Below are positions 62,171 through 64,000 of a DNA stretch of 64,000 nt, piece after piece; position 1 is the stretch's first letter, and the number at the start of each line of letters is the position of its first letter. This DNA comes from Dehalococcoidia bacterium (lineage in GTDB: Bacteria > Chloroflexota > Dehalococcoidia > GIF9 > UBA5629). The stretch is taken from NCBI GenBank assembly GCA_034435835.1, contig DAOTWF010000030.1, positions 69,069 to 133,068 of the forward strand, read 5' to 3'. Both the position numbers and the translations under genes were made by a program. Below the pieces are notes generated by a model. It ran no database searches and was not told where the DNA came from. It worked only from the letters and a program-made list of their open reading frames with translations.

Positions 62171-62867
62171 GATACAGAACCTCAATGTATTTCACGGACT
62201 CATCCCTGTCCTGCATGATGTAAGCCTCGAGGTCAAAAAGGGTGAAATGGTGGCCTTGCTCGGTTCCAACGGCGCTGGCAAGACCACACTGTTGAACACT
62301 GTCTCAGGAATCCATAAAGCTTCATCGGGTAGCATCATATTCGAGGGGGAACATATCGAGAACAAACCTCCCCACGAGATAGTCAAGCGCGGTATTATCC
62401 AAGTTCCGGAGGGAAGAAAAATACTTCCCTACCTGACTGTGGAAGAAAACCTTTATCTCGGTGCCTACACCAACGAGGCTTGGCGTAAAAGGAAACAGTC
62501 TATTGAAAGAATATATGAACTGTTCCCAGTGCTTAAAGAAAGGCGGAGGGTGCTTGCCGGCAGCCTGAGTGGTGGCGAACAGCAGATGCTGGTCATTGGC
62601 AGGGGACTTATGGCACGACCTAAGTTGATGATGTTCGATGAACCCTCACTCGGTCTAGCCCCTAAGCTCCTCTCCGAAGTCTACAGGACACTGGCAAAGC
62701 TCCGCGATGAAAAGATAACCATACTGCTCTCAGAACAGAACGTGCGCCAGGCATTAGCTATCACCCACCGTGGATACGTGCTCGAAAACGGCAGGCTAAT
62801 GCTCAGCGGCGACAGCAAAGAACTGCTGAACAACGAGATGGTTAAAAGGGCCTATTTAGGAGTGTGA
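62163..62867 (+). CDS. livF: HAAT-family ABC transporter ATP-binding protein, LivF-like
   Basis: 234 aa. Walker A is GSNGAGKTT, the signature is LSGGEQQML, Walker B is [11 protein letters not shown], and the C-terminus is VKRAYLG. Confidence 0.88.
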   Translation: MFEIQNLNVFHGLIPVLHDVSLEVKKGEMVALLGSNGAGKTTLLNTVSGIHKASSGSIIFEGEHIENKPPHEIVKRGIIQVPEGRKILPYLTVEENLYLGAYTNEAWRKRKQSIERIYELFPVLKERRRVLAGSLSGGEQQMLVIGRGLMARPKLMMFDEPSLGLAPKLLSEVYRTLAKLRDEKITILLSEQNVRQALAITHRGYVLENGRLMLSGDSKELLNNEMVKRAYLGV

Positions 62868-62869
62868 TT

Positions 62870-64000
62870 ATGGAGGAATATTTTCATTTCACTCAGGAGC
62901 TCTTCGACCCAGCTAAAGCTAAGGATAAGCCCCAGCCACTCAAAGGTATCAGAGTCCTTGACTTCACCCACTTCATCTACGGGCCAACCTGTACAGGCAT
63001 ACTGGCTCGCTACGGCGCCGATGTCATCAAGATCGAGGAGCCCGGGACCGGCGACATGCTCAGACTGGGAGCCTGGTGGGGGAAGTACTGGAAACACACC
63101 AACCCATTGTCGCATTCACTGCACCTCAATAAGTATTTCGTCACCATAAACCTAAAAAAGCCCGAGGGCAAGGAACTGGTCTACAAACTGGCAGAGAAGG
63201 CTGACGTGGTAGTGGAAAACCTGGCTGCCGGCACTGCTGAAGCCTGGGGGGTGGGATATACCCAGTTGCGAGAGATCAAGCCGGACATTATCTACCTGAG
63301 CTGCTCAACGTACGGTCAATATGGACCACTTCGGTTCTTCCCTGGCTGGGACCTGTTAGCTCAGGCAGCTGCCGGCACCATCACTATAACTGGCTACCCT
63401 GGCACAGACAAATACTACAAACTACCTGATTACCTTGGAGATTTCTATCCCGGCACTCTGGGCGCCCTGGTAATCCTTATTGCCCTATACCACCGAAAGA
63501 AAACTGGCAAAGGTCAATACATAGACCTGGCTCAGGTAGAGACGATGACAAGGCTGCTGCCACATTTCACCTATTTCAGCATAACCGGTCAGGAACTGGA
63601 ACGCACCGGCAATATCGACCCGGCAATGGCACCGGCGTTCATCCACAAGACACGCGATGGTAAGTTTGTCGCCCTTGCGGCAAGCACCAACGAACAGTTC
63701 AAAGCACTTTGCACGGCGATGGGACGGAGCGAGCTGGTAACGAAATATCCCACTCAGCTGGAAAGGCTGAAGCCAGAAAATGCACAGGAGCTGAATAGGC
63801 TCGCTCAGGAGTGGGTCAGCCAGAAAGATGCTGCTGAGATCACAGATCTGGCAAAAAAGCACGGCTTCCCTGCCGCTGAGGTGACAGACGACTACCAGAT
63901 AACCCACGAGGAATGGCGCAGGGAAAGAGGCAGCGTCGAAAGCTTCTATGACGAGATGTACCGCGAGTTCCTTCTCCCCGGACCACAGGCCATCCTCAGC
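62870..64000 (+). CDS. Family III CoA-transferase (CaiB/BaiF/Frc/BbsF-like), 3'-truncated by the window end
   Basis: Absent from the ORF track because no stop lies in the window. The ATG at 62870 is 2 nt after the livF stop, and the frame stays open for 377 codons: MEEYFHFTQELFDPAKAKDKPQPLKGIRVLDFTHFIYGPTCTGILARYGADVIKIEEPGTGD..., plus GKGQYIDLAQVE. Confidence 0.8.
   Translation, partial: MEEYFHFTQELFDPAKAKDKPQPLKGIRVLDFTHFIYGPTCTGILARYGADVIKIEEPGTGDMLRLGAWWGKYWKHTNPLSHSLHLNKYFVTINLKKPEGKELVYKLAEKADVVVENLAAGTAEAWGVGYTQLREIKPDIIYLSCSTYGQYGPLRFFPGWDLLAQAAAGTITITGYPGTDKYYKLPDYLGDFYPGTLGALVILIALYHRKKTGKGQYIDLAQVETMTRLLPHFTYFSITGQELERTGNIDPAMAPAFIHKTRDGKFVALAASTNEQFKALCTAMGRSELVTKYPTQLERLKPENAQELNRLAQEWVSQKDAAEITDLAKKHGFPAAEVTDDYQITHEEWRRERGSVESFYDEMYREFLLPGPQAILS

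Overview
This 64-kb window looks like ordinary chromosome from a moderately GC-rich bacterium. TTG and GTG starts are frequent. The Fe-S and flavin gene content and the use of selenocysteine suggest an anaerobe, possibly Chloroflexota-like, but taxonomy cannot be determined from this window. I recognised no CRISPR array, transposase, integrase or phage gene.

Gene content, left to right:
- 1-2.8 kb: a truncated aquaporin gene and an orphan HerA-like ATPase.
- 2.9-10.5 kb, minus strand: a formate dehydrogenase operon (NuoE-like, NuoF-like, FdhA, and a NuoG-N-terminus::GltD/NfnB-like fusion). The ORF track splits FdhA in two because it contains an in-frame TGA selenocysteine codon followed by an fdhF-type SECIS hairpin. 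A frameshifted, truncated NfnA-like remnant follows the operon.
- 10.6-13.3 kb: a P2-type cation ATPase.
- 13.3-22.8 kb: a redox and CoA-ester cluster. It holds two divergent single-CCG Fe-S paralogues, a GlcD-like FAD oxidase, a GlcF-like Fe-S protein, a 795-aa DUF362 protein with an unassignable C-terminal half, a crotonase and a family III CoA-transferase.
- 22.9-27.2 kb: a phosphorelay with no DNA-binding output. The first kinase and the CheY-like gene may be one hybrid kinase split at an A6 run.
- 27.2-33 kb: a small membrane-protein unit missing from the ORF track, an amidohydrolase, two tandem tRNA-Ser genes, and an FGGY-kinase / sphingosine-1-phosphate-lyase-like pair.
- 33-57.8 kb: housekeeping genes (dprA, topA, aroQ-pepP-efp, clpP, tig, aspS, tgt, aroKB, aroC, sppA, aroE, ruvX, alaS, thiE and others).
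- 57.9-64 kb: a thiolase, a LivHMGF-type transporter with no binding-protein gene, and a second CoA-transferase that runs off the window.

The best-supported unusual items are the Sec-FdhA with its SECIS, the composite FDH operon with the decayed nfnA, the DUF362-centred redox/CoA cluster, the possible split hybrid kinase, and the kinase/SPL-like pair. I found no clear-cut new defence or mobile system. All calls rest on motif recognition by eye; no database search was run.
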